DNA of 64,000 nt from an uncultured Aliarcobacter sp. (GCA_963677435.1 OY781945.1:2624001-2688000); one strand, 5' to 3'. Counted from the stretch's first letter, positions 40,573 through 50,638 are shown. Notes: generated from the sequence alone by a model not told the origin. Program-made: numbers and translations.

Positions 40573-42414
40573 ATGAGTATATTAGAACAAAAATCATTTA
40601 TTTCATCTATTCATCCATTTCAAAATTTGACAATAAATCAACTTGATAATTTCGCAGAAAATATTGATATTGTTTATTTTAAACAAAATGAAATAATTCA
40701 AAAACAAGGAAGTTCTCCGTCTTCACTTTTTTTTATTTTAAAAGGTTTAATTCAAGAGAAACAAGATGAAGAAGTTTTATCAATATATTCAAAAAATGAA
40801 ATTTTTGACTCTGTATCTTTAATAGAAAATTATTCAAGAAATAGTTTTGTAACTGCTGAAGAGACTATTTGTTATACTCTTCCAAGAGAGATTTTTATAA
40901 AAATACTTCATGAAAATCAAGAATTAGAAAATTACTTTTTTCAATCAATATCACAAAAACTAAATAACAACATCCTTAATGAAAAAAATAAAGAGATGGC
41001 AAATATTATGGTTGCAAAAGTAAAAGATGCAAAAATACATAAAGCTGTAATTATTGATGAAAATAAATCAATATTTGAAGCTGCAAATATTATAAAAAAA
41101 GAAAAAGTACCTACTCTTTTACTAAGAGATAACAATAATGAAATGCATATTATTACAGATTCAGATTTTAGACAAAAAGTTATACTTAACAGAATGGATT
41201 TTGATGATAAAGTTATAAAAATATCATCAACAGGTTTAGTTTATGTATATGAAGATGATTTTTTATTTAATGCTCAACTTTTAATGGCAAAACATGGTTT
41301 AAAAAGAGTTGTTGTAAAAAACACAAAAGATGAAATTGTTGGTATTTTAGATCAAATCTCTTTATCATCATTTTTTGCAACAAATATTTTTTCAGTTTCT
41401 AATCAAATAGTAAAAGCAGAAACTGTTGCTGAATTAAAAGAAGCCTCTTTATCTTTTATTAAAATAATAAAATCTTTAAATGCTAAAGGTGTAAAAATTG
41501 AATTTATCTCAAAATTAATTAATCAATTAAATAAAAAACTCTTAGATAAATTGTATAAAATACTTGCATCAAAAGAGTTATTTGAAAACTCATGTTTAGT
41601 TGTAATGGGAAGTGAAGGAAGAGGTGAACAGATTTTAAAAACTGATCAAGATAATGCTTTAATAATTAATGATGATTTTATTATTGATGAGAAAGAACTA
41701 CAAGAATTTACAAATAAATTTACTGAAACTTTAGTTGATTTTGGTTTCCCAAGATGTGAGGGAAATATTATGCTTTCAAATCCATATTGGTGTAGAAAAT
41801 ATAGTGATTTCAAAAATTTAATTTTTCAATGGGTAACTGAACCATCGGGAGATAACTTTATGAATCTTGCGATTTTTTATGATGCAATTTGTGTCTCAGG
41901 GAATAAAGAATTAATTACAAATTTAAAAGAATATTTATTTAAAGTTATTGATAATTCTAATCAATTTAATGCTCATTTTGCAAAAATTATCACAAGTTTT
42001 GATGTTCCTTTAGGATTCTTTGATGGTTTTACTTTTAATACAAAAGATGAAAAACAAAAAAATGAAATTAACATTAAAAAAGGTGGAATATTTATTTTAG
42101 TTCAAGGAATTAGAAGTTTAAGTTTAGAAAATAAACTTTTTAATACAAATACAACAAAAAGAATTTTAAAACTAAATGAAATAAATGTGATTGACAATGA
42201 ACTTGCAACGGAATTAATTATGGCATTTAATTTCTTAACTAGTATAAATCTAAAATCTAATTTAGAAAAACTCGATAAAAAAGAGAATGTTGATAATTAT
42301 ATAAATCCAAATAATTTAAATACTATGGAAAAAGATTTATTAAAAGATTCTTTCAAAATTGTTAATAAATTAAAAAAGAAATTAGAATTCCACTTTAAGT
42401 TAAACTATGTTTAG
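40573..42414 (+). CDS. cNMP-binding/CBS/DUF294 putative nucleotidyltransferase (copy 2)
   Basis: MGSEGRGEQILKTDQDN, CEGNIMLSNPYW, NIKKGG. Confidence 0.88.
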   Translation: MSILEQKSFISSIHPFQNLTINQLDNFAENIDIVYFKQNEIIQKQGSSPSSLFFILKGLIQEKQDEEVLSIYSKNEIFDSVSLIENYSRNSFVTAEETICYTLPREIFIKILHENQELENYFFQSISQKLNNNILNEKNKEMANIMVAKVKDAKIHKAVIIDENKSIFEAANIIKKEKVPTLLLRDNNNEMHIITDSDFRQKVILNRMDFDDKVIKISSTGLVYVYEDDFLFNAQLLMAKHGLKRVVVKNTKDEIVGILDQISLSSFFATNIFSVSNQIVKAETVAELKEASLSFIKIIKSLNAKGVKIEFISKLINQLNKKLLDKLYKILASKELFENSCLVVMGSEGRGEQILKTDQDNALIINDDFIIDEKELQEFTNKFTETLVDFGFPRCEGNIMLSNPYWCRKYSDFKNLIFQWVTEPSGDNFMNLAIFYDAICVSGNKELITNLKEYLFKVIDNSNQFNAHFAKIITSFDVPLGFFDGFTFNTKDEKQKNEINIKKGGIFILVQGIRSLSLENKLFNTNTTKRILKLNEINVIDNELATELIMAFNFLTSINLKSNLEKLDKKENVDNYINPNNLNTMEKDLLKDSFKIVNKLKKKLEFHFKLNYV

Positions 42415-43024
42415 ATTAGTAAAAAACTATTTTAATAAAAAAAATTTAAAAGATAAAAACTATAAATATTTATTTGATGACTCAACAATTGATGAGTATG
42501 TTTGTTTTGATTGTGAAACAACAGGATTAAATCCAAAAAAAGATGACATCATATCAATTGGTGCTGTTATTATTAAAAATAATACCATAGTATCAAGTAA
42601 AAAATTTGTAAGATTTGTAAAACCAAAAACAAAACTTCAAGCAGAAGCTATAAAAATTCATCACATTAGAGTATGTGATTTAGAAGATGCTGAAGATATT
42701 GATGATGTAATTGAAGAGTTCATAAATTTTATTGGAAATAGACCTTTAGTTGGATATTACTTAGAGTTTGATGTTGCTATGATTAACAAATATCTAAAAC
42801 CAAAATTAGGAATCACCCTTCCTAATAAAATGTATGAAGTATCAGCTATATATCATGACTATAAAATTGGCATTATTCCACAAAGTCATATTGATTTAAG
42901 ATTTAATACAATTATGGAAGACCTTAAAATACCAAGTTTAGGAAAACATGATGCATATAATGATGCAATTATGACGGCAATGATTTTTCTAAAATTAAAA
43001 AACACCCCAAAAGTAAAAATATAA
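42407..43024 (+). CDS. DEDDh 3'-5' exonuclease (copy 2)
   Basis: FDCETTGL, GYYLEFD, HDAYNDA; overlaps the upstream gene. Confidence 0.88.
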   Translation: MFRLVKNYFNKKNLKDKNYKYLFDDSTIDEYVCFDCETTGLNPKKDDIISIGAVIIKNNTIVSSKKFVRFVKPKTKLQAEAIKIHHIRVCDLEDAEDIDDVIEEFINFIGNRPLVGYYLEFDVAMINKYLKPKLGITLPNKMYEVSAIYHDYKIGIIPQSHIDLRFNTIMEDLKIPSLGKHDAYNDAIMTAMIFLKLKNTPKVKI

Positions 43025-43179
43025 ATATGAAATAAAATAAAACTGTTACTTATTAGATGTTAGTAATCAAAATATTTTATTATTTATTAAATGGGATTAA
43101 CAATAAAAGCAAGTTTAGATTTAAGATTTACTACAATTAAAGTCAAAAATTAATATCAAAAATGATAAAGGAAAAATTT

Positions 43180-44373
43180 ATGTTAGTATTTGTATTAAAT
43201 GCTGGTTCGTCTTCTTTAAAATATCAATTAATTAACGCAGAAACTTCTGAATTAAAAGCAAGTGGATTAGTTGAAAGAATCGGAATAGATGGAATTTTAA
43301 AACACGAAGTTGGAGAGAATAAAAAATTAACTTTTGAACTTCAAATTCCTACTCATAAAGAAGCTATAGAATTAGTTCTTAGAATTTTAACAAATGATGA
43401 AACAAAAGTTATTAATTCAATTAGTGAAATAGAAGCTATTGGACATAGGGTTGTGCATGGTGGAGAATATTTCAAAAAATCTACTTTAATAAATAAAGAT
43501 GTAATGGATAAAATAAGAAAACTTATTCCTTTAGCACCTTTACACAATCCAGCTCATGTTTTAGGAATTGAAATTTGTAATGAATTAATGCCAAATGTTC
43601 CAAATGTTGCAACTTTTGATACAGCATTTCACCAAACAATGCCAGAAGAGAATTTCCTTTATGCAGTTCCTTATGGAGACTATACAGAACATCATTTAAG
43701 AAAATATGGATTTCATGGAACTTCTCACTATTATGTTTCAAATGAAGCAATAAAAATTTTAAATAAAAAAACTAGTAAAATTATTGTTTGTCATTTAGGT
43801 AATGGTTCATCTATTTGTGCAGTAAAAGATGGAAAATCAATTAGTACGACAATGGGATTAACTCCTTTAGAGGGTTTAATTATGGGTACAAGATCTGGAG
43901 ATATTGATGCAGGTGTTATTCCATATTTAATGGAAAGAAAAGGCTTAGATAGCAATCAAATGATTAATTATCTAAACAAAAAATCTGGGATTTTAGGAAT
44001 TTCTGGAATTAGTTCTGATTTAAGAGAAGTTATAAAAGCTTCAAATGATGGTGATAAAAGATCAAAAGTTGCTATTGAGATGTTATGTGGAAGAATAAAA
44101 AAATATCTTTGTTCTTATGCAGGATTAATGCACGGAGTTGATGCAATATGTTTTACTGCTGGTATTGGAGAAAATTCAGATTTAATTAGAGAAAAAGTTT
44201 GTGAAGGTTTAGATTTTATGGGAATTGAAATTGATATTGAAAAAAATAAAATCAGATCTCATGGAACAAGAGAAATACACAAAGAATCATCAAAAACTAA
44301 AATCTTTGTAATACCTACAAATGAAGAATTAGTAATTGCAAAAGATACTTATAATATTGTAAAATCTAAATAA
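43180..44373 (+). CDS. ackA: Acetate kinase (copy 1)
   Basis: NAGSSSLK, GHRVVHGG, PLAPLHNP, YGFHGTSH, HLGNGSS, PTNEE; ATG at 43180 after AAGGA. Confidence 0.93.
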   Translation: MLVFVLNAGSSSLKYQLINAETSELKASGLVERIGIDGILKHEVGENKKLTFELQIPTHKEAIELVLRILTNDETKVINSISEIEAIGHRVVHGGEYFKKSTLINKDVMDKIRKLIPLAPLHNPAHVLGIEICNELMPNVPNVATFDTAFHQTMPEENFLYAVPYGDYTEHHLRKYGFHGTSHYYVSNEAIKILNKKTSKIIVCHLGNGSSICAVKDGKSISTTMGLTPLEGLIMGTRSGDIDAGVIPYLMERKGLDSNQMINYLNKKSGILGISGISSDLREVIKASNDGDKRSKVAIEMLCGRIKKYLCSYAGLMHGVDAICFTAGIGENSDLIREKVCEGLDFMGIEIDIEKNKIRSHGTREIHKESSKTKIFVIPTNEELVIAKDTYNIVKSK

Positions 44374-44580
44374 ATTGTTACAAAACAGCTAATATCAAAA
44401 AATTGTAGAAGATGTACTAAAATTGTACATCTCTACTTTCTTCATCTTTAAATAAACCCAATTCTCACAATATATTATTACTATTCTGCACAAAATCGTA
44501 TTTCTTTTATATTAATGTACTTTTTATGTACTTTTTTTGAAATAAGGAATAAAATTCTACTCAGTGAGATTGTGAAACAT

Positions 44581-44613
44581 TGCTATTGTAATGCTATGTT
44601 ACTTAATTATAAT
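44581..44613 (+). promoter_or_regulatory. Direct-repeat operator plus -10 box (site 3)
   Basis: TGCTA(44581)-N6-TGCTA(44592)-N11-TATAAT(44608). Confidence 0.7.
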
Positions 44614-44650
44614 CTTTCAACAAAGTTAATATTAGAAAGGATAACTTGAC

Positions 44651-45646
44651 ATGGGTTTAATCGAAAACATTAAAGATAAAGCAAAATTAAAATTAAGAAC
44701 AATTGTTCTACCTGAGCCTGAAGATGAGAGAGTTTTAAAAGCTACTCAATTGGTTTTAGATGAAAAAACAGCAAATATTGTATTAATTGGTAATGAGGCT
44801 ACTATCAAAGCTGATGCGGCTAAATGTGGTGCTAAAATTGATGGAGCAACAATAATTGATCCAAAAGAATTTGATGGCATTGATAGATACATTGATGAGT
44901 TAGTTGAATTAAGAAAAGCAAAAAATCTTTCAAGAGAAGAAGCTACTGAAATCATGACAACTGAACCTAGATTTTTTGGTTGTATGATGGTAAGACTTGG
45001 AGATGCAGATGGATTAGTTGCAGGATCAAACTCTCCAACTGCTGATGTTTTAAAAGCTGCTATTCATGTTATTAAAACAGCTCCAGGAATTAACACTGTT
45101 TCTTCAACTTTTATCATGGAAACTGCTGATGGAAAATTTGGAGATAATGGTTTAATTTTATTTGCAGACTGTGCAGTTATTCCAGAACCAAATGCTGAAC
45201 AATTAGCTGATATTGCTTGTGCAACTGCTGCAACTGCTGCTAGTGTTGTGGGACTTGAACCAAGAGTTGCAATGTTATCTTTTTCTACAAAAGGGAGTGC
45301 AAAACATCCATTAGTTGATAAAGTTCAATTTGCTTGCGACATTCTTGCAGAAAGAAATGTTAATTTCTCTTTTGATGGTGAATTACAAGCAGATGCTGCA
45401 ATTGTTGAAGCAATTGGAGCTAAAAAAGCACCAGGTTCAAAGGTTGCAGGTCATGCGAATATTTTAGTATTTCCTGATTTACAATCTGGAAATATTGGAT
45501 ATAAATTAGTTCAAAGATTCGCTGGTGCTGAAGCTCATGGACCAATTGTTCAAGGATTAAATCAACCTGTTAATGATTTATCAAGAGGTTGTTCAGTAGA
45601 AGATATCGCAAATTTAGTTGCAATTACAGCAACTCAAATCAAATAA
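44651..45646 (+). CDS. pta: Phosphate acetyltransferase (short, catalytic-domain-only class I)
   Basis: IVLPE, FADCAV, VAMLSFSTKGS, DGELQADAA, GNIGYKL, NDLSRGCS. Confidence 0.95.
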   Translation: MGLIENIKDKAKLKLRTIVLPEPEDERVLKATQLVLDEKTANIVLIGNEATIKADAAKCGAKIDGATIIDPKEFDGIDRYIDELVELRKAKNLSREEATEIMTTEPRFFGCMMVRLGDADGLVAGSNSPTADVLKAAIHVIKTAPGINTVSSTFIMETADGKFGDNGLILFADCAVIPEPNAEQLADIACATAATAASVVGLEPRVAMLSFSTKGSAKHPLVDKVQFACDILAERNVNFSFDGELQADAAIVEAIGAKKAPGSKVAGHANILVFPDLQSGNIGYKLVQRFAGAEAHGPIVQGLNQPVNDLSRGCSVEDIANLVAITATQIK

Positions 45647-45672
45647 ATTAAACTCAAAAAAAGGAAAGTATT

Positions 45673-46872
45673 ATGTTAGTATTTATTTTAAATGCAGGAA
45701 GCTCATCTCTAAAGTATCAATTAATGAATCCAGTTTCAAAAGAAGTTTTAGCTTCAGGATTATGTGAAAGAATTGGAATTGATGGAGTTTTAAAACATGA
45801 ATTTGGTGAAAACAAACTAACACTAGAAGTTTCAATGCCAACTCATAAAGAGGCAATTGAATTAGTATTAAAAACTTTAGTTGAGAGTGAAGGTAAAGTT
45901 ATCAATTCTATTGATGAAATTGATGCTATTGGACATAGAGCTGTTCATGGTGGAGAAGAATTTGCTTCATCTGTTATGGTAACACCAAGAGTTATAGAAA
46001 AAATGAAAGAATTAATTCCATTAGCTCCTTTACATAACCCAGCAAATATTATGGGAATGGAAATTTGTCAAGAATTAATGCCTGGAAAACCAAATGTTGC
46101 TGTATTTGATACTGCATTCCACCAAACTATGCCTGATTATGCTTATATGTATGCACTACCTTATGATCAATATACTAAACATGGTATTAGAAAATATGGA
46201 TTCCATGGAACAAGCCACTACTTTGTATCAAATGAAGCAAGAGGTATGTTAGATAAAAAACTTAATACTAGAATTATTGTTTGTCACCTTGGAAATGGTT
46301 CATCTGTTAGTGCTGTATTAAATGGTAAATGTATTGATACTTCTATGGGACTAACTCCTGTTCAAGGTTTAATGATGGGTACAAGAGCTGGAGATGTTGG
46401 AGCTGGTGCTGTTTCATTTATGATGAAACAAGAAGGTCTTTCAATAGATGAAATCATGGACATTATGAATAAAAAATCTGGTATTTTAGGAATTTCAGGA
46501 AAATCATCTGATTTAAGAGAAGTTTTACAAGGTATGCAAGATGGTGATGACAGATGTAGATTAGCAGTTGAAATGGTTGCTTACAACATCAAAAAATATG
46601 TTGGTTCTTATGTTGCAGCACTTGATGGTGTTGATGCTTTATGTTTCACAGGTGGGATTGGTGAGAATTCATCATTAATCAGAGAAATTGTTTGTGCAGG
46701 ACTTGATGGTATGGGATTAATCCTTGATCCTACTAAAAATAATAAAAGAAGATCAGTAGCTAGAGATATTGCAACAAATAGCTCATCTGCTAGAATCTTT
46801 GTTATTCCTACAAATGAAGAGTATGTAATTGCAAATGATACTTACAAAGTTGTATCAGGAATTGAAAAATAA
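45673..46872 (+). CDS. ackA: Acetate kinase (copy 2)
   Basis: Same motif set as copy 1; directly follows pta. Confidence 0.93.
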   Translation: MLVFILNAGSSSLKYQLMNPVSKEVLASGLCERIGIDGVLKHEFGENKLTLEVSMPTHKEAIELVLKTLVESEGKVINSIDEIDAIGHRAVHGGEEFASSVMVTPRVIEKMKELIPLAPLHNPANIMGMEICQELMPGKPNVAVFDTAFHQTMPDYAYMYALPYDQYTKHGIRKYGFHGTSHYFVSNEARGMLDKKLNTRIIVCHLGNGSSVSAVLNGKCIDTSMGLTPVQGLMMGTRAGDVGAGAVSFMMKQEGLSIDEIMDIMNKKSGILGISGKSSDLREVLQGMQDGDDRCRLAVEMVAYNIKKYVGSYVAALDGVDALCFTGGIGENSSLIREIVCAGLDGMGLILDPTKNNKRRSVARDIATNSSSARIFVIPTNEEYVIANDTYKVVSGIEK

Positions 46873-46881
46873 ATTCATAAA

Positions 46882-46910
46882 AAAAGGTGAAGTAAAAAAC
46901 TTCACCTTTT
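46882..46910. terminator. Bidirectional terminator between ackA and sppA
   Basis: aaaaggtgaag-N7-cttcacctttt between convergent genes. Confidence 0.75.
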
Positions 46911-46930
46911 AAATATTTCTACTATAAAAA

Positions 46931-47815
46931 TTAATAAGCTTTTAAACCACTTACTAAATTCATACTCAAATTTGAAACTGCTTCACTTACAATTTTATTA
47001 ATAAATTTGTCAATTTTATCTTCTTTTTTCCAAACTGGATTTGTTACCTCAGCAAGAGTTATTAAACTATCTTGAGCATAAGAAAGTGTTGCAACCTCAT
47101 CAACTAAACCAACCTCTTTTGCTTGTTTTGAAGTAAATATTTTTGCATCTGCAAATATTGTTTGATTTTTCACATCAAGTTTTCTTGCACTTGCAACATC
47201 AGATACAAACATATTATAAGTATCATCAATCACACTTTGAAGTTGTTTTTCTTCATAATCAAACCATTTTCTTGTTGGCGTTCCAGATTCTTTATATTTT
47301 CCTGCTTTTACAGTTTGTGTTGAAACTCCAATTTTTTTCATAAGTTCTTCCGCATTTATACCTTGCATAATAACTCCAATTGAACCTACCATACTTCCAG
47401 GATTTGCTATGATTTTATTTGCCCAAATAGAAGCATAATAACTTCCACTTGCAATCACTCCACTTGCATATACAACAACTGGTTTTATCTCTTTTAACTC
47501 TTTAATTGCATAAGCCAATTCAACAGATGGAGCAACAGCACCACCAGGAGAATCTACAACAAATAAAACACCTTTAATATTTTTATTAACTTTTGCTTTT
47601 TGTATCTCTTCTAATGTTTTTGATACATCCATAATTGGACCTGTTAACTCAATTTTTTGCAAATTAGCATAACTATCACTATCCCCTAATTTTTCATTAG
47701 ATGGTGCAAAAATAAAATAAATGATAGTTAAAAAAACTATTGTTTTAAAATATTTAGTTATAAAATCTAAAATTGCAATTATTGGTGAAAAGAGTACTCT
47801 AAAAAAATTAAACAA
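46931..47815 (-). CDS. sppA: Signal peptide peptidase SppA (36K type)
   Basis: DSPGGAV, ASGSYY, VGSIGV, AGKYK, GLVDE. Confidence 0.92.
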   Translation of the reverse strand: MFNFFRVLFSPIIAILDFITKYFKTIVFLTIIYFIFAPSNEKLGDSDSYANLQKIELTGPIMDVSKTLEEIQKAKVNKNIKGVLFVVDSPGGAVAPSVELAYAIKELKEIKPVVVYASGVIASGSYYASIWANKIIANPGSMVGSIGVIMQGINAEELMKKIGVSTQTVKAGKYKESGTPTRKWFDYEEKQLQSVIDDTYNMFVSDVASARKLDVKNQTIFADAKIFTSKQAKEVGLVDEVATLSYAQDSLITLAEVTNPVWKKEDKIDKFINKIVSEAVSNLSMNLVSGLKAY

Positions 47816-49031
47816 ATTCCCCTCCTATTATCACTTTATCTACGAATTTTGTATGCAAAATAATTTGCATTGGTAAATCTTCCATATCTTCTACTTTATC
47901 TGGCAAAGTAAAAGCTATCATATCTGAATCAAAATCTTTTTTGATTATTCCTTTATTTAAACCTAAAGCCTTTGCACTATTTACAGTTGCTGCTTTTAAT
48001 AAAACTTTTGAAAAATCAATGATATTTTTCTCAAAATGAATAATTAAAGCATTTCTTAGTTCATCAAACATTGATAAAGAGTTATTAGAGCTAAGTCCAT
48101 CAGTTCCAATTGTAAAAGGAATATCTTTTAATTTTGATATATCTAATTTGCTATTATTTAAAATTCTATTTGAAGTTACACAATGATTTATACTTGCACC
48201 TAAACTTCTGATTTTTTCTAAATCAGCTTCGCTTGCTTCAACACAGTGGGTAAAAGAGAGATTTTTAATATTTGAAAATAGATTTAAAAATTCCATAGGT
48301 TTTGAAACTGCGGTTTCTTGTCCTAAAAAGTTTTTAAAAAAATCTAAAAAAGAACCTTCATTTCTATGAAGCCAAGAAAACTCTTCAGGTGATTCTAAAA
48401 AATGTGAACTAACAGCTAAATTTTCTGCACGGGCAAGATTTAAACTCTCCCTTACTAAAAAAGGATGAACTGAATATGGTGAATGAATAGCAATTGCTGG
48501 TATAAAGTTTTTTGATTTAAATTTTTTTGCATTTTTTAATCTATCTTTAAAATCAGCAAATAAAGTATCAACCATATCACCTTTTGAACCAATTACTTCA
48601 CAGAAAAACACTGTGTTAATTGGACTTTTTACACATGGTTCCATATCAAAAGAGTAAGATGAAATTGCTCCAATTGTTGTAGTTCCAGTTTTTTTCATTC
48701 TATCAAGTTTTGTAGAAATTAGTTTTTTGTCAGCTTTATTTATTAAATCATCTCTACTTTTTATTACAGAATTTAGCCATGACATAAAATTACCATATTT
48801 TAAAGTTGTTGTATTTGAACTAAATTCTAAATGTATGTGAGAGTTTATAAGTCCTGGCATTAAAACTGAATTTTCTTCAAGTTTTAATATCTCAATATTT
48901 TGATATTTTTTTTCTATATTAAAAAGTGTATCAATCTCAATTATTTTATCATCATAAACAACAGCACCATTTTTAATGATACGGTCGTTTTCGTCGCAAG
49001 TTATTACCCAATCAGCACTTATTATTTTCAT
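47808..49031 (-). CDS. mqnF: Metal-dependent amidohydrolase, probable aminodeoxyfutalosine deaminase
   Basis: PGLINSHIHLEFS, HSPYSVHP, HFLES, GTDGLSSN; Campylobacterales synteny with sppA and aroQ. Confidence 0.65.
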   Translation of the reverse strand: MKIISADWVITCDENDRIIKNGAVVYDDKIIEIDTLFNIEKKYQNIEILKLEENSVLMPGLINSHIHLEFSSNTTTLKYGNFMSWLNSVIKSRDDLINKADKKLISTKLDRMKKTGTTTIGAISSYSFDMEPCVKSPINTVFFCEVIGSKGDMVDTLFADFKDRLKNAKKFKSKNFIPAIAIHSPYSVHPFLVRESLNLARAENLAVSSHFLESPEEFSWLHRNEGSFLDFFKNFLGQETAVSKPMEFLNLFSNIKNLSFTHCVEASEADLEKIRSLGASINHCVTSNRILNNSKLDISKLKDIPFTIGTDGLSSNNSLSMFDELRNALIIHFEKNIIDFSKVLLKAATVNSAKALGLNKGIIKKDFDSDMIAFTLPDKVEDMEDLPMQIILHTKFVDKVIIGGEFV

Positions 49032-49042
49032 AAGTTTTAATT

Positions 49043-49513
49043 TTAAGCATTTTGTTGTTGAGCTTGAGCAATTGCTTTAACTTCTGAAATTATTTGCATT
49101 AAAGCAATCAATCCCATATGATAACCAAAAGGTCCAAATCCTGAAATAACTCCTGTTGAAGCACTAGCAGTTATTGATTTTTGTCTAAATTCTTCTCTTT
49201 TATAAATATTTGAAATATGTACTTCAACTACTGGCATTGAAACTGCACTTAAAGCATCTTTAATAGCTATTGATGTGTGAGAATAAGCAGCTGGATTTAT
49301 CATAATTCCATCAGCTGTTCCTAAACACTCTTGGATTCTATCAACAATTTCACCCTCAAGGTTTGATTGAAAAAATTCAAGTTCAACACCATTTTGTTCA
49401 GCTGCTGCTTTTAATTGTTCATGAATTTGGTCTAATCCCATTGAACCATAAATGTGTTGTTCTCTTATTCCTAGCATATTTAAATTTGGGCCTTGTATAA
49501 CGGCAATTTTCAT
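49043..49513 (-). CDS. aroQ: Type II 3-dehydroquinate dehydratase
   Basis: [32 protein letters not shown]. Confidence 0.96.
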   Translation of the reverse strand: MKIAVIQGPNLNMLGIREQHIYGSMGLDQIHEQLKAAAEQNGVELEFFQSNLEGEIVDRIQECLGTADGIMINPAAYSHTSIAIKDALSAVSMPVVEVHISNIYKREEFRQKSITASASTGVISGFGPFGYHMGLIALMQIISEVKAIAQAQQQNA

Positions 49514-49589
49514 ATTATATTCCTTTTATAAATTTTAGGTAAGATTATAATTAAATTTATGTTAAACAATACCAAAACAAAGGCTTTTT

Positions 49590-50615
49590 ATGAAAAACTT
49601 TATTCTTCAAAATGAGAACGCTATATATTTTGAGTGCAAATTTTCTTGTGATAATGTTATTTTTTTAAATTTAGAAAAAGATAAATATTTTATTACTGAT
49701 GCTAGATATATTATTGAAGCAAAAGAATATGCAAAAAATTGCGAAGTTATAGAATCATCAAACTTAATAGAAACAACAAAAGAAATTTTAAGAAAAAACA
49801 AAATTAAAAAAATCGTATTTGACCCAAATGATTTTAGCTATGCTACATATATAAATTTAACAGAAACTTTAAAAACTCAGTTCATAGCAAAACCAAATTT
49901 TTCAAAACAAAAAAGAGCTATTAAATCAGCTAAAGAGATAATTTTATTAAGAAAAGCTGCAATTGCTGGAAGAGAAGGATTTAAAGAATTAGCAAAATTT
50001 ATTAGAAAAAATGGTTTTAATCAAACTGAACAATTTTTATATTTTAAAGCTTTTGAAAAAATGAGTCAAATCGGAAAACTTGATATTTCTTTTGAACCAA
50101 TTGTAGCAATAAATGAAAATGCAGCAAAACCTCATGCCTTGCCAACAAACAAGAAACTAAAACTAAATGATTTAATTCTTGTGGATGCAGGAATTAAATA
50201 TAAAAGATATTGCTCAGATAGAACTTGTACAAGTGCTGTTGATTTTGAAAAATTCTCTTTTAAAAGAGAGCAAAAATTCAAAAATGAAAAACATCAAAAG
50301 GTGTATGATATTGTTTTAAAAGCGCAACTAAATGCTATCGAAAAAGCAAGAGTTGGAATGAAAGCTTCTGAAATTGACAAATTAACTAGAGATGTAATAG
50401 AAAAAGCTGGTTTTGGAAAATATTTTGTTCACAGTACTGGACATGGAGTTGGACTTGATATTCATGAATTTCCATTTATCAACTCAAAATCAGATGTTAT
50501 TATTGAAGAAAATATGGTCTTTACAATAGAACCTGGTATTTATCTTCCAAGTGAATTTGGAGTAAGAATTGAAGATACAATTGTAATGCAAAATGGAAAA
50601 GCTGTAATTTTATAA
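49590..50615 (+). CDS. Xaa-Pro aminopeptidase (M24 family)
   Basis: YCSDRT, HSTGHGVGLDIHE, TIEPGIY, GVRIED. Confidence 0.92.
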   Translation: MKNFILQNENAIYFECKFSCDNVIFLNLEKDKYFITDARYIIEAKEYAKNCEVIESSNLIETTKEILRKNKIKKIVFDPNDFSYATYINLTETLKTQFIAKPNFSKQKRAIKSAKEIILLRKAAIAGREGFKELAKFIRKNGFNQTEQFLYFKAFEKMSQIGKLDISFEPIVAINENAAKPHALPTNKKLKLNDLILVDAGIKYKRYCSDRTCTSAVDFEKFSFKREQKFKNEKHQKVYDIVLKAQLNAIEKARVGMKASEIDKLTRDVIEKAGFGKYFVHSTGHGVGLDIHEFPFINSKSDVIIEENMVFTIEPGIYLPSEFGVRIEDTIVMQNGKAVIL

Positions 50616-50638
50616 AATAAAAATACCCAAAAATAATT

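Noticed and set aside
43180..46872. One ackA copy being a propionate kinase
   Set aside because: Both keep Val directly before HGG (GHRVVHGG, GHRAVHGG), so the sequence gives no support for altered specificity.
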